From NCBI RefSeq assembly GCF_009914755.1, contig NC_060947.1: a stretch of 64,000 nucleotides of DNA. One strand, written 5' to 3'. Below the pieces are notes generated by a model. That model saw nothing but the letters and a program-made list of their open reading frames with translations. It was not told the origin of the DNA and made no database searches. This document shows, in pieces, positions 1-13,685 of the stretch (position 1 is its first letter; each line of letters starts with the position of its first letter). Origin of the DNA: the human T2T-CHM13v2.0 reference genome, Homo sapiens. The translations under genes and the position numbers were made by a program.

Positions 1-169
1 GTTTGGTCCCCTTGTTTCTTCTTTATAATGATTTAGCTTTTCTCACCTTTTCTCTACTTGTTGAGGGAGATTGACTCCAGGAATAATGTGGACAGGCTTG
101 ATTTCATCTGTACCAAAAATTATTTAAGCCCATAAAGTCTATATGTATGGACATTCACAGTGCCTGATA

Positions 170-800
170 TTAGCTACCTTTTGTTGAGTGCTTATGTGAG
201 CAAAACACTAAGCTAAGAAATTTACATATATTATCTTATCACATCCTTACAGCACCCACTTGAAGCATGTTATGGGCTGAATTGTGTGACCCTCCCCAGT
301 TGATATGTTGCAGTCTTAACCCGTAGTCCCTCAGGATGTGATCTTATGTGGCCTTTAGAGAGGTAATAAAGGTAAAACGAGATGATTAAGGTGTGTCCTT
401 ATAAAAAGGGGAAATTTGGATACAGGCATGTGTGTGGGGAGAACATCATGTGAACATGAGGACAGCCATCTACAAGCCAAGGGAAAAGGTCCGGAAGAGA
501 TCCTTCTCTCACAGCCCCTAGGAGAAACCAACTCTGCAGACACTGTGATCTCAGCCTTTTAGCCCCCAGAATTGTGAGATGATACTTTTCTGTTGTTTAA
601 GTAACCTTTCTCCAAGTTTGTGGTGCTTTGTTATAGCAATCCTAGCAGACTAATGCAAGAGAGTATTACTATTAACCCCACTCTACAGATGAATAAGCTG
701 AGGTGCAGAAATGTAACTGACATGTGCAAGGTCACAAAGTAAATAAGGGCAAAGCTGAGATTTGAACCCAGTTCAGTCTCACATGAGAATCTGCTCCCCG
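170..800 (-). mobile_element. MIR SINE split by an MLT1B LTR (pieces about 170-267 and 658-800)
   Basis: ttgttgagtgcttatgtg...catccttacagcaccc on the left; ctacagatgaataagctgagg...aaggtcaca...gatttgaacccag on the right. Confidence 0.7.
268..657 (+). mobile_element. MLT1B-like MaLR solo LTR
   Basis: Begins tgttatgggctgaattgtgt and ends ttatagcaatcctagcagactaatgca; typical MLT1 internal motifs (gacagccatctacaagcc). Confidence 0.85.
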
Positions 801-3189
801 TTGTCATGTGCTATTTGCCTACAGTCTCTGGCTAGCCCGCAAGACTAGCTTATTATTGTACCTCCTTGAATTTTATAACTACACAGCAAAACAATAGTCA
901 CTTAAAAGCCATATTGAAATGATTTTTACTTTTAAGAACTTTTTTGGGGGAGAGGCAGGGAAAAGGCATAGCTGGGAGATAGATGCACTTATTACTGAGA
1001 AATTGTTCCTGGGGCACCCAGAGCAATATTTCTTAGCCTAAAGCTGTCAAGTCAATATTGCCCAACAAATGGCCTTCTGTAGTCATTGTCGCTCCCTGCA
1101 ATGTGGGGCTCTGAGACTCAGTTTAGTCGTTTGCTGGGATACTTCCTGAGACTGGTTAGGCCAGCACAATCTGATTTCTTTCCTTTTGTTCATGTTGGAA
1201 AGTGATGGAAAGGCAGAACAAGCACTAAATCACTTCTATTCTGTGTGTTCAAAGGCTGGTTTTAAGTTACTTTCTGTGAAACAGTTGAGCCTAAATTTAC
1301 TTGATGTGGATACAAAAGTTTCTCTGTGGAAACATATCGGGCTTATTAGAGACTCTCCCAGGGTAGGACAACAGTTTGGATTATGTAGCAAAACATTTCA
1401 AACCAAGTACTATGTGCTAATGGTTTATATACAAGTGATAAGATAAAAGGGCCTTTTGGAGTTATGCTCGAAGACACTAATTAAATTCGCATCAACAAGT
1501 CAACATATTGGTCTCATATGGATTTGAGCACTTTGGAAATGCTTTTGTTTTGATACAATTAATTAAATTCACACATTTTGCTGATATTGATTAGTCACCT
1601 TAAAACACAGATGGCAAAAGTTGAAGCTTTGAATAGCACTTTTGAATGCATTTCTATGTTGCTGAGTAAATTAGAATAGTTTTTCCTTTCAAGGAGCTAA
1701 TTGACTCGAATTTTCAAAATTTCATGGCAGATAGTGAACAGTTGATTCTTTCTCAACAAATTCAATCCAAATGATGCATGCTTTTACTTAACTGCTACAG
1801 GCTTAACTGCAGTTTTAAATTATTCTCAAAGCAGAGGCAATAAAGCATTTCAGTAAATATGTCTCAAAGGAGAAGTTAGGAAGAAAAAGCACAAGTATTC
1901 CCAGTAGCCACTGTTCAGGTCACTGTTTGAAACTACAAGGCACATGTCAAAGAATTATGACCTGCCATGGGCAGTATTTTTCAGTTAGGAGCTTATAAAT
2001 ATCTCAAGGGCCTGAAGAAATGACTCCAAACAGAAAACGAATAAACCCTACAGGAATACTTCATTTGAAAACTAAATATCTGTGGCCTTGTCTTGTCAAC
2101 AAAATTGGATTTCTCTCTGTTATTATGTTGTTTCTACTTATGACTGCATCATAATGGAAATCTAGGGAGAAAAGCACGTGTGTGGAGTCTTCAACATGGC
2201 TGTGCCTTAGCAACAGGAGCTACTTGCCAAAATGACGGAGTTTGCTTCCTGACATTCCTTCTCCTTGTTCTTGGCTCCTTAAATCATGAGTTGCAAAAGG
2301 CCAAAAGGATTTGCTCATTTTGCCCAGCTTGAAAACGTAATCTGCGCTTTAGAACACTAAGATGGAGAATTAGATTCGCTTCAATAGATGTTAATCTAGT
2401 GATGATTGTGCGTAAAGCCCTGCACTTGGTGCTGGCAAGCTGGTGGGAAAGAGGCAGGGTGGTAGAGGTGACAATGATAAAGAGATGAGTGAGGGATGGT
2501 GTCTACCCTCTTGAATAATAGCTAACATTTAGTGAATACATCCTATGCCTCAGACACTGTGCTAAGCACTTAAAACCACTTACTTAATTTAATGACTGTA
2601 TAGGTAGGTGCTATTTGTTTATACATTATACAGATGATAAAACTGAGGCTCAGAGAAATTAAGTAACTGCTCCTGCTTCTCATTCACCTTTGCTGGCACA
2701 TCTTCCTCACCACCTAACTCTGCAGCACCCCGGGGCTTAGTATTTGGCTCTCTTCTTGGTCTATACTCACTCACCTCATGATCTCATTTAGTTTTGTGGC
2801 TTTAGATACCATGTATATTTTTAATAGGCATCTCAGACTTTACAGGTTCTAAATAGAGATCCTGATCTTCCCCCTCCTTAAAAAGTGCTCCTTCCCTTGT
2901 CTTCCCAGTCTGAGCTGATGGAAACTTCATTCTTCCTCTTCTTAGGCTAAAAACATTTTTTAAGTATATCTCACTTTTTTAAAGTATATTTTTAAAATAT
3001 ACCTAAAAAATAAGTATAAAATATACTTTTTAAATATACTTTTTTAAAAGTATATCTCACATCTTTTAAGTATACCTGGAATCTGACTACTCTTCATCTT
3101 CAAGGCTACCATTTTGGCCTGAGCCACTGTCTTCTATTGCCTGAATGACTACTGTAGTTTCTTAACAAGCCTCTCAGCTTCTTTCTTGA

Positions 3190-4929
3190 CAGTTATTGCT
3201 GTGTAATAAATTGCCACAAACTCAGCAACTTAAAACACTCATGTATTATCTTGCAGTTTTGTAAATCAGAAGTCCAGAGGGCTCAGATGGGTTCTCTGCT
3301 TAGGGTTTCACAAGGCTGAAGTCAAAGTGTCAGCCAGGCTGGACTCTTACTTGAAAGCTTTGGGGTCAGAATCCACTTCCAAGCTCATCTGGGCTGTAGG
3401 CAGAATCCAGATACTCATGGCTGTAAGTCTGAGGCCTGTTTTCTTGCTGGCTGCTGGCTGCGGGGGGGTCACTCTGGAATGCTACAGGCTACACACGTTT
3501 CTTCTCAAGCAGTCCTCTCCATCTTCAAAGCCAGCAATAGCATACCAAAGTCCCCTTGTGCTACAGATCCATCTAACTCCCTCTTCTGCTACCAGCTGGA
3601 GAAACCCTCTGCTTTTATTATTATTAATAAATTATACTTTAAGTTCTGGGGTACATGTGCAGAAAGTGTTTGTTATATAGGTATACACGTGCCATGGTGG
3701 TTTGCTGCACCCATCAACCCATCATCTACATTAGGTATTTCTCCTAATGCTATCCTTCCCCGAGCCCCCGACCCCCTGACAGGCCCTGGTGTGTGATGTT
3801 CACCTTCCTGTGTCCATGTGTTCTCATTGTTCAATTCCCACTTATGAGTGAGAGCATGCAGTGTTCGGTTTTCTGTTCTTCTGATAGTTTGCTGAGAATG
3901 ATGGTTTCCAGCTTCATCCATGTCCCTGCAAAGGACATGAACTCATCCTTTTTATGACTGCATAGTAGTCCACGGTGTGTATGTGCCATATTTTCTTTAT
4001 CCAGTCTATCATTGATGGGCATTTGGGTTGGTTCCAAGTCTTTGCTATTGTGAACAGTGCTGCAATAAACATATGTGTGCATGTATCTTTATAGTAGAAT
4101 AATTTATAATCCTTTGGGTATATATCCAGTAATGGGATGGCTGGGTCAAATGGTGTTTCTAGTTCTAGATCCCTGAGGAATCGCCACACTGACTTCCACA
4201 ATGGTTGAACTAGTTTACAGTCCCACCAACAGTGTAAAAGTGTTCCTATTTCTCCACATTCTCTCCAGCACCTGTTGTTTCCTGACTTTTTAATGATCGC
4301 CATTCTAACTGGTGTGAGATGATATCTCATTGTGGTTTTGATTTGCATTTCTCTGATGATCAGTGATGATGAGCTTTTTTTTAATATGTCTGTTGGCTGC
4401 ATAAATGTCTTCTTTTGAGAAGTGTCTGTTCATATCCTTCACCCACTTTTTGATGGGGTTGTTCATTTTTTCTTGTAAATTTGTTTAAGTTATTTGTAGA
4501 TTCTGGACATTAGCCCTTTGTCAGATGGATAGATTGCAAAAGTTTTCTCCCATTCTGTAGGTTGCTTGTTCACTCTGATGATAGTTTCTTTTGCTGTGCA
4601 GAAGCTCTTTAGTTTAATTAGAATCATGTTTGTCTATTTTGGCTTTCGTTGCCATTGCTTTTGGTCTTTTAGTCATGAAATCTTAACCCTCTACTTTTGA
4701 AGGGCTCACTTGATTGGGTCAGGCCCAACCAAGTCATCTCCATACCTTTAAGGTCAACTGACTTGGAATTTTCATTATTTCTGTAAAATCTCTTCAGAGC
4801 TGTACCCAGATCAGCATTTAGTTGAATAAACAGGAAACAAAAATTTGGGGGGGGCGTGGTGGGGGATCCATATTTAGAATGCTGCCCATAAAATAAAAAA
4901 GAATTAATATTAGAATGCTGCCTACCATA
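3190..4929 (-). mobile_element. MLT1E-like MaLR LTR split by an L1PA (3190-3616 and 4685-4929)
   Basis: attgctgtgtaataaattgccacaaactcagcaacttaaaac...gaatccacttccaagctc...; ends ttagaatgctgcctaccata. Confidence 0.75.
3617..4684 (-). mobile_element. 5'-truncated L1PA (L1PA6/7-like, with younger-type patches)
   Basis: ORF2 C-terminus in ORFs 3914..4402 and 3831..4082, plus 3' UTR; TSD aaccctct(g/a)ctttt at 3603-3616 and 4685-4698. Confidence 0.92.
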
Positions 4930-5814
4930 CCTCCCTGCAGTTTTTTCTCCACTCGGAAGCTAGTGTGATCCTGTTCAAATGTAAGTGAGATCCTGTCATT
5001 TCTGTACCCACAATCCTCTAGTGGCTCCTCATCTCCTTACCATGTCCAAAGTCAAACTCTTCATCATGCCCCACAAGGCCCTCATGGTCTGGACTGTGCC
5101 CCTTATCACTCTGACTTCTTCTCCTACTTTCTTTCACTTACCCTCCCCCTCACTTGTTTTCCCTCTGGACATACTTGAATGCTCCAAGCACGATCCCACT
5201 TCAGGGCCTTTGTATATGCTGTTTGGTCAGCTTGGGATGACTTTCCCCTTGATAACTACTTACCTTAATATTTCTACTCAATTTTCACCCTCTCACTAAG
5301 GTCTTCTTTGACAACTTTTTTGAAGTTACACCCTACTCCATACTCCCTAAGCCCCCTTCCCGCTTCAGTTTCTTCCAGATCCTTTATTACTCTCTAACAT
5401 AAAATATGTAAATACATAAAATATAGTTTACACTTTTATCTTGTTTATTGCCTTTTTCTTAGAATGTAAGACCCACAAGGGACTTTGTTCACTGATGTAT
5501 CCCTAGCACCTAGTACAATGTCTAGAACAGAGCAAGCACTCAATACATATGTGTTAAATGAATGAATCAGTGAGCTTGCCCAAAGTCACACACACTAGTA
5601 GTAAGTGACAGAGTTGGAATTTGAACATGAAACACATACCACCTCCCTGTAGCTTAGAACCCAATGGTAAGGGTGAGGATAAACAAAGTTAAGACTATAG
5701 TAAAAAATGCTCTAAGGAAAATGCTGTAGAGGAGATGCCAACCGAAGATTCTAGAATTTTCAAGGATAGAGAAGTCATACCTGGCTGTGGTGATCACAGA
5801 TGAGACAGAAGGGG

Positions 5815-6040
5815 AAAAGACAGAGACAGGGAGGACAAGCAATGTGGAAATGGAGGCAGAGATTGGGGTAATGAAGCCACAAACCAAGGAAAGACGAAGA
5901 ATGCTAGGCAGCCACAGTGAGTATGGCTTTGCTGACACCTTGATTTCAAACTTCTGGTCTTTATAACTGTGATAGAAAGAAGTTCTGTTGTTTTAAGTCA
6001 CCAAGTCTATGGTAATTTGTTATGGCAGCCCCATGAAAGC
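5815..6040 (+). mobile_element. MLT1C/D-like LTR 3' fragment
   Basis: ggaggcagagattggggtaatg...gctgacaccttgatttcaaacttctgg...ggtaatttgttatggcagcc. Confidence 0.7.
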
Positions 6041-6060
6041 ACTGAAAGAGATTTGAAGGA

Positions 6061-7052
6061 TGAGTAGGATTGCTGTCGATTCTGCGCTGCACTCCTTCAA
6101 TTCCGTCAGGTCCAAAAGATTTGTTCACCCAGCTCCTTGGGTTCTGTGGGTTGCCAGTCTTCAGCTGTCAGCCCTTTATAGGAACTATTTCTGCCAAAGT
6201 GGGGACCTTGTCCATAGCAACGTCCCTGTCCTGCAGAAAGTTTGCATCCAGTGACTGTTCAAAATGGGGGTTGTATGAGTTATCAATTGATCCATAATAA
6301 ATTATCACACAGTTAATGGCTGAAAACAACACATATTTATTATCTCACAGTTTCTGTGGGTCAGGAGTCTGGACATAGCTTTACTGAGTTATCTGTATAG
6401 GGTCTTACAAGGCTTTCAAGGTATCAGCCAGGACACATTGTCATCTGGAGGCCTGTCTGGGGCAGAATTCACTTCTAAACTCAGGTTGTTGGCAGAATTC
6501 ATGTCCTTACTGTTGTAGGGATGAGGCCGCTGGCTTCTGGCTTCTTGCTGATTATTGGTTGGAGGCTGCCCTTTGCTCCTGGAGGCCATCGGACAGTCCC
6601 ATACCACATGGGCTTTCTCAACTTGGATATCTTATCAATCCAACAAGTAGAGTCTCTAGAATGACTTTGGTAGCAAGACAGTCTTATACGGCATAATATA
6701 ATCATAAAGCTGACATCCTATTTCCTTTGCTGTATTCTGTTGATTAGGAGCAAGTTACCAGGTTCAGTACATGCACTAGGAGGCAGGGATGACTCAGGGA
6801 GCATCTTAGAGTCTGTTTGCCACAGGAGTATAAAGGCCTGGTCCTCTTGTTTTCACTGGAGACAGCTGCGAAGGGCCATCCTGGGTTTTTATCTTTTTGT
6901 GGGCTTAGCTGTGGCATTGTGTGATCACACTATGGCCCAGATTTTCCCTCTGCTCACTCTGACTTCATTTCCTTCCATTCCACAGGTTGATCCTGACAGC
7001 ATTCCCTTATAAATGATCTTCACTCTCATTTCCATCTCAGAATCTGGGGAAC
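6061..7052 (+). mobile_element. LTR16-like ERVL LTR split by an MLT1E/F LTR
   Basis: tgcatccagtgactg...ggggt / ggagtataaaggcctgg...ccatctcagaatctgggg. Confidence 0.6.
6272..6824 (-). mobile_element. MLT1E/F-like MaLR solo LTR
   Basis: TG...CA termini (tgtatgagtt...gtctgtttgccaca); 5-bp TSD ggggt (6267-6271) / ggagt (6825-6829). Confidence 0.8.
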
Positions 7053-7059
7053 TTCATAG

Positions 7060-7335
7060 GCGGAAGTGAAGAGGCTATTGGAGGGTATTCCAGGATGAGG
7101 GAACATATTAAAATACTGAATAAAAATGTAGGGTCTGTGGGTGAGGGAAACAATGGAATATCCAATTAGAATGGGTTAAAGAAAAGGATGGAATGTGAGG
7201 CTAGAAATTCAGGCTGGGGCCACTGTGTGGAGGACCCTGAATGGCATACTCAGACGAGTGAGGCAGTGGGAAACCTTGGAGGGTTTTGAGCACAAGACAT
7301 TAGCACCAGGCTTTGATTATGATTCTGACAGCAAA
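7060..7335 (-). mobile_element. Degenerate L2 fragment
   Basis: gagggtattccagg...gaggctagaaattcaggctgggg...ggcagtgggaaaccttggagggttttgagca. Confidence 0.55.
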
Positions 7336-7593
7336 CTGTTTCAAATACTTTAGGAGGGCCTTATATCTGTTAAAAGAATGATGTAGTAAAAATATGTAAA
7401 GTGGCTTCCAGGGGAGCTCCTCTTATACATGTAGGCATAGAGTTTTCTCTCTTAGGGACAAAATGAAGCCTATGGCTGTTATGAGTTGAACTGGAATTCA
7501 TATGTTGAAATCCTAACCCCCAGTACTTCAGAATGTGACTCTATTTGGAGATATGGTCTTTACGTAGGGATAATCAAGTTAAGATGGTGTCAG

Positions 7594-8428
7594 CACACTT
7601 CTCAAAAGATGACATTTATGCAGCCAACAAACATATGAAAAAAAGCTGAACATCACTGATCATTAGAGAAATGCAAATCTAAACCACAATAAGATACCAT
7701 CTCATGCCAGTCACAATGGCAATTATTACAAAGTCAAAAAACAACTGATACTTCTGAGGTTGCAGAGAAAAAGGAACACTTTTATACTGTTGGTAGGAGT
7801 ATAAATTAATTCAACCATGTGGAAGACGGATTGTGAGGAATTGTGAATCCCTCAAAGACCTAGAAGCAGAAATTTAACCCAGCAATTCCACTACTAGGTA
7901 TATACCCAAAGGAGTATAAATTATTCTATTACAAAGATGCATGCATGTGTATGTTTGTTGCAGTAATATGCACAATAGCAAAGACATGGATTCAACCCAA
8001 ATGCCCATCAGTGGTAGGCTGGATAAAGAAAATGTGGTACATATACACCATGGAATACTATGCAGCCATAAAAAGGAACAAGATCATGTCCTTTGCAGGG
8101 ACATGGATGGAGCTGGAAGCCATTATCTTCAGCAAACTAATGCAGGAACAGTAAACCAAAACACTGCATGTTCTCACTTTTAAGTGGGAGCTGAACTATG
8201 AGAACACATGGACACAGGGAGAGGAGAAACACACACTGGGGCCTGTTAGAGAGTGGGGGTAGGGGAAGGGAGAGCATCAGGAAGAATAGCTAATGGATGT
8301 TGGGCTTAATACCAAGGTGATGAATTGATCGATGCAGCAAACCACCATGGCTCATGCTTACCTGTGTAACAGACCTGCATATCTTGCACATATACTCTGG
8401 AACTTAAAATAAAAGTTGAAGGAAAAAA
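7594..8428 (+). mobile_element. 5'-truncated older L1PA (L1PA13-15-like)
   Basis: ORF2 C-terminus (7945..8154); 3' UTR gagagcatcaggaagaatagctaatggatg...aaaataaaagttgaagg; diverged TSD aagatggtgtcag / aagatgaaggcag. Confidence 0.85.
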
Positions 8429-8496
8429 AAGATGAAGGCAGTAGTCTGGGCCCTAATCCAATATGATTGGTGTTGTTATAAAAAAGGGAAATTTGG

Positions 8497-8905
8497 TGTC
8501 CATCAATGGATAAAAAAAATGTGGTACATATACACCATGGAATACTATGCAGCCATAAAAAGGAATGAGGTCATGTCCTTTTCAGGGACATGGATGAAGC
8601 TGGAAGCCATCATCCTCAGCAAACTAAAACAGGAAAAGAAAACCAAACACTGCATGTTCTCACTCATAAGTGGGAATTGAACAATGAAAACACATGGACA
8701 AAGGGAGGGAAACAACATACACCGGGGCGAGTTGGGGGCTGGGGGGCGAGGGGAGGAAGAGCATTAGGACAGATAGCTAATGAATGCAGGGCTTAAAACC
8801 TAGATGACGGGTTGATAGGTGCAGCAAACCACCATGGCACACATATACCTATGTCACAAACCTACATGTTCTGCACTTGTGTCCCGGAACTTAATATAAA
8901 ATTTT
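8497..8905 (+). mobile_element. 5'-truncated L1PA (L1PA10/11-like)
   Basis: ORF2 tail [19 protein letters not shown]; perfect 17-bp TSD aaaaaagggaaatttgg at 8480-8496 and 8906-8922. Confidence 0.9.
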
Positions 8906-9286
8906 AAAAAAGGGAAATTTGGGTTTGTGGATGCACACACACGCCCACACACGCACAAGGAGAATACCATGTGAAGATGAAGGCAGAAATTGGAATGATG
9001 AAGCTGCAAGCTGAGGAATACCAAGGATTGCTGGCCATCACCAGAGGCTAGGAGAGAGATACGGAGCAGTCTTCCTCAGAACTCTCAGAAGGAATCAACT
9101 CTGCCGACACCTTGGTTTCAGACTTCTAGCCTCCAGAACTGTGAAACGACAAATTCCCATTGTTTAAGCCACCCAGTTTGTGGCATTTAGTTATGGCAGC
9201 CCTAGCAAATTAGTACAATAGCTCTTTCTCCTCAGTTTCCTGGCTGTGAGCTCTGTGAGAAAGAGACCATGTCTGTGATTGCTCAC

Positions 9287-9440
9287 TGTATCAGTTAGGA
9301 TGCTTCAGGCTTCAAGCAACAGAAAACTTAACTAAAAGTGGTTTGAAACATAACAACATTTATTATTTCACATGAGAATATCAGAGGTAGGGCTGTCCCA
9401 GAATGGATTAACTCAACAGTTTAGTGATGTCAGGGCTTAA
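9287..9440 (-). mobile_element. Old MLT1 (J/K/L-like) LTR end fragment
   Basis: tgtatcagttaggatgcttcaggcttcaagcaacagaaaac...atttattatttcacat. Confidence 0.55.
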
Positions 9441-9623
9441 GTTTAGCTACCTTGCTCTGGTTTCAGGGCTTGAGATCTTTGGGACCACTCAGATGATCCT
9501 AAGTAGGGATAGAATCCACGTGAGGTATGGTTTATTTCCACTTCATGCTGCCTGTTATCTCATCTTTTCAGGTCCCAACCCTAGATGATGGGTGGTTTTT
9601 AGGGCTCCCAACCTTTGCAGACA

Positions 9624-9690
9624 CTGTATTCCACATTTTTTTATTACCCTGTATTCCACATTTTTTATTAGCCTGTATTCCACATTTTTT
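9624..9690. repeat. Tandem repeat, about 24-bp unit x3 (ctgtattccacattttttatta..)
   Basis: Three direct copies visible in the sequence. Confidence 0.9.
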
Positions 9691-10019
9691 CTCTCCAATG
9701 CTGTCAAAAATGTTGCTCAGCCTCTCAGTCACTTCTATATTGGTGAAAGCCCCATGGACAAAAGTGGATCAAATACCTCTCTTGGTTTCCTGATTCAGCT
9801 CTGTTTCCAGCCTTGGTAATTCTCCACTCTTTCATTATTTCTTTGATAATTATAGAAATGTGTTCTTTTAAAAATAGTGTCTTTTCTCAGTTTTCTTTAG
9901 CAGAAAGGCAGGTCTGAATTAACTCATCTTTAATGATCAGAAACAGAACTCTATCTTTTTAGACTTTATCACTAAAACAAAAATTATACAAGCTACTTCA
10001 GTAGCCCCCCTCTCTCTCA

Positions 10020-10300
10020 AGAAGGAACCATTATTTTGAATTTAGTTTTTATAATTTCATATATTTGATACATAGGTGTGTATCCTCAAACAATGCATGG
10101 TATTGTTGTTATAAATGGCATTATACCATATTCTTCTGCAGCTTTCTTTTTCTGTCTAGTATGTTTTTGATATTTATTCCATTTTGTTATGCTAGAGACA
10201 CAGTATATTAATTATACTTGCCTCATAGTATTCCCTTGTATGATTGCACCACAATTACTCATTCATTCTCCTGTTGATGAACATTGGGGTTATTTGCGTT
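10020..10300 (-). mobile_element. L1ME-type 3' end fragment
   Basis: ataaatggcattataccatattcttctgc...tagtattcccttgtatga...ttcattctcctgttgatgaacattgggg. Confidence 0.55.
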
Positions 10301-11236
10301 TTAAAATGTGCAGTCTGGTCCAGGCCACAATATTTGTATTTGACTCAACAAAGATGAGAAAGTAGTGCCTCTTAGACAATCAAAAGGCTTAGATGAAACT
10401 TCCATGCTCAAAAATGTCCCAAGGGAAATTAAAAATTCTCAGTTGACAAATGAAGACCAGAACTTAATAACTCTACAAAATTCTTTGAGTAAAAATTTGA
10501 TCACATATGATGAAGGAAATGGGGGCCCCATCCTTATCCAAAGGTCCTAAGTGTCCACTGGTACAAGGTGCTGGGATAGACAGAGGACAGAACTGGTCAC
10601 GTGGCTGTGGTACTGGATCCCCTGCAGGGCAGGGGAGCTGGCTGTTGAGATGGCTTTGCTGCTGCAGAGTACACAGACCTTGGTTCCAGACCTGGGCCAT
10701 CATCGGTTTCCTTACCCATATTGATGTTTTGCAATCTTTTTATGGACTTACTCCTTTTTGATAAACTTTAAAATCCTTTGCCTCCCTTCATACTGCTTTT
10801 TCATCCTTTGCTTTTTTCCTAACGCTTTCTTATGAAAATTTTCAAACATCCAGCAAAGTTGAAAGAAATTTGCAATGAACAACCACATGGTACCATTGGA
10901 TTTTATAATTAACATTTTGCTATTTTTGCTTCATTATCCATCTGTCCATCTATCTATGTCTGTTCTCATTTATCCATCCATCTTATTTTTTTTTCTGTTG
11001 CATTGGACAGCAAGTTGCAGACATTAATATACTTTACCTCTAAACCCTTCAGTATGAATATCATTAAGTTCAATATTTGTTATTTTTTAATTGAAGTAAA
11101 ATTCACATACAATGAAATGCAGTGATCTTATGAGTACCATTCTATAAGGTCTGATAAATGCACATACCATATAATCCTAGCCCCTATCAAGATACAGAAC
11201 ATTTCCAATAGCCCAGAAAGCACCCCCACGCTCCTT

Positions 11237-11346
11237 CCAAGTCAATCTCTGCCTTCACCCTCCACAGGAAACCATGGTTCTGATTTTTCTACCAAGTCAA
11301 TCTCTGCCTTCACCCTCCACAGGAAACCATGGTTCTGATTTTTCTA
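11237..11346. repeat. Perfect 55-bp tandem duplication
   Basis: ccaagtcaatctctgccttcaccctccacaggaaaccatggttctgatttttcta x2, followed by cca. Confidence 0.95.
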
Positions 11347-11522
11347 CCATAGTTATTTTAATAACTTTTATTTGGAAATAATTTCAAACTTAAAGAAAAG
11401 TTGCAAGAAAAATAATACTACAAAGACCATCTAGATACTCTTCACCCAGATCCACCTCTCATTAACATTTAACTAATTTGATTTGGCATTTGCTTTCTTT
11501 CTATGTATATAGATTTTTTTTA

Positions 11523-11660
11523 ACCTGGAGTGATGGCATGCACCTGTAATCCCAGCTATGCGGGAGGCTGAGGTGGGAGGGTTGCTTGAGTCCAGGACTT
11601 TGAGACTAGCCTGAGCAACATAGTGAGACTCATGCTTCTAAATTTTTTTTAAATAAAAAT
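11523..11660 (+). mobile_element. FLAM-type free Alu monomer
   Basis: gcacctgtaatcccagctatgcgggaggctgaggtgggagggttgcttgagtccaggactttgagactagcctgagcaacatagtgagac. Confidence 0.8.
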
Positions 11661-11849
11661 AATTTTTTTTTTCTGAAGCACTTGAGATTAAGTAGCATGC
11701 AACCATAGATTAGTTTTGCCCCTTGTAGAAGTTCATAGAACTTCACACAGCATGACTTTCGTTTTTAAATTTTTAAGAAGGTAATATATTCACATTGTTA
11801 ACAGAATCAATAGTATGGAAAGCGTTAATGAAAAACAGCAGTCTCTTTT

Positions 11850-13685
<1,836 letters not shown>

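Larger units (their letters stand above)
2669..5572 (+). mobile_element. L2 LINE 3' portion (pieces about 2669-3189 and 4930-5572)
   Basis: L2-type pyrimidine-rich body; 3' end gcactcaatacatatgtgttaaatgaatgaat. Confidence 0.75.
2514..5630 (-). mobile_element. MIR split by a nested L2/MLT1E/L1PA stack (pieces 2514-2668 and 5575-5630)
   Basis: ...aactgaggctcagagaaattaagtaact continues as cttgcccaaagtcacac...ggaatttgaac after the L2 tail. Confidence 0.7.
7477..9217 (+). mobile_element. MLT1C-like solo LTR interrupted by two L1PA 3' fragments
   Basis: tgttatgagttgaac...ttatggcagccctagcaaattagtaca; 5-bp TSD atggc (7472-7476) / atagc (9218-9222). Confidence 0.85.
10825..11760 (-). mobile_element. 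Cluster of L1MC4/5-like and L1ME-like 3' end fragments
   Basis: aaaattttcaaacatccagcaaagttgaaag; aattgaagtaaaattcacatacaatgaaatgc; a second L1MC-type end at 11353-11700 flanked by accatag. Confidence 0.6.

Noticed and set aside
10365-10761. Overlapping short ORFs in apparently unique sequence as a possible exon
   Set aside because: No recognisable protein similarity and no convincing splice-site pair.
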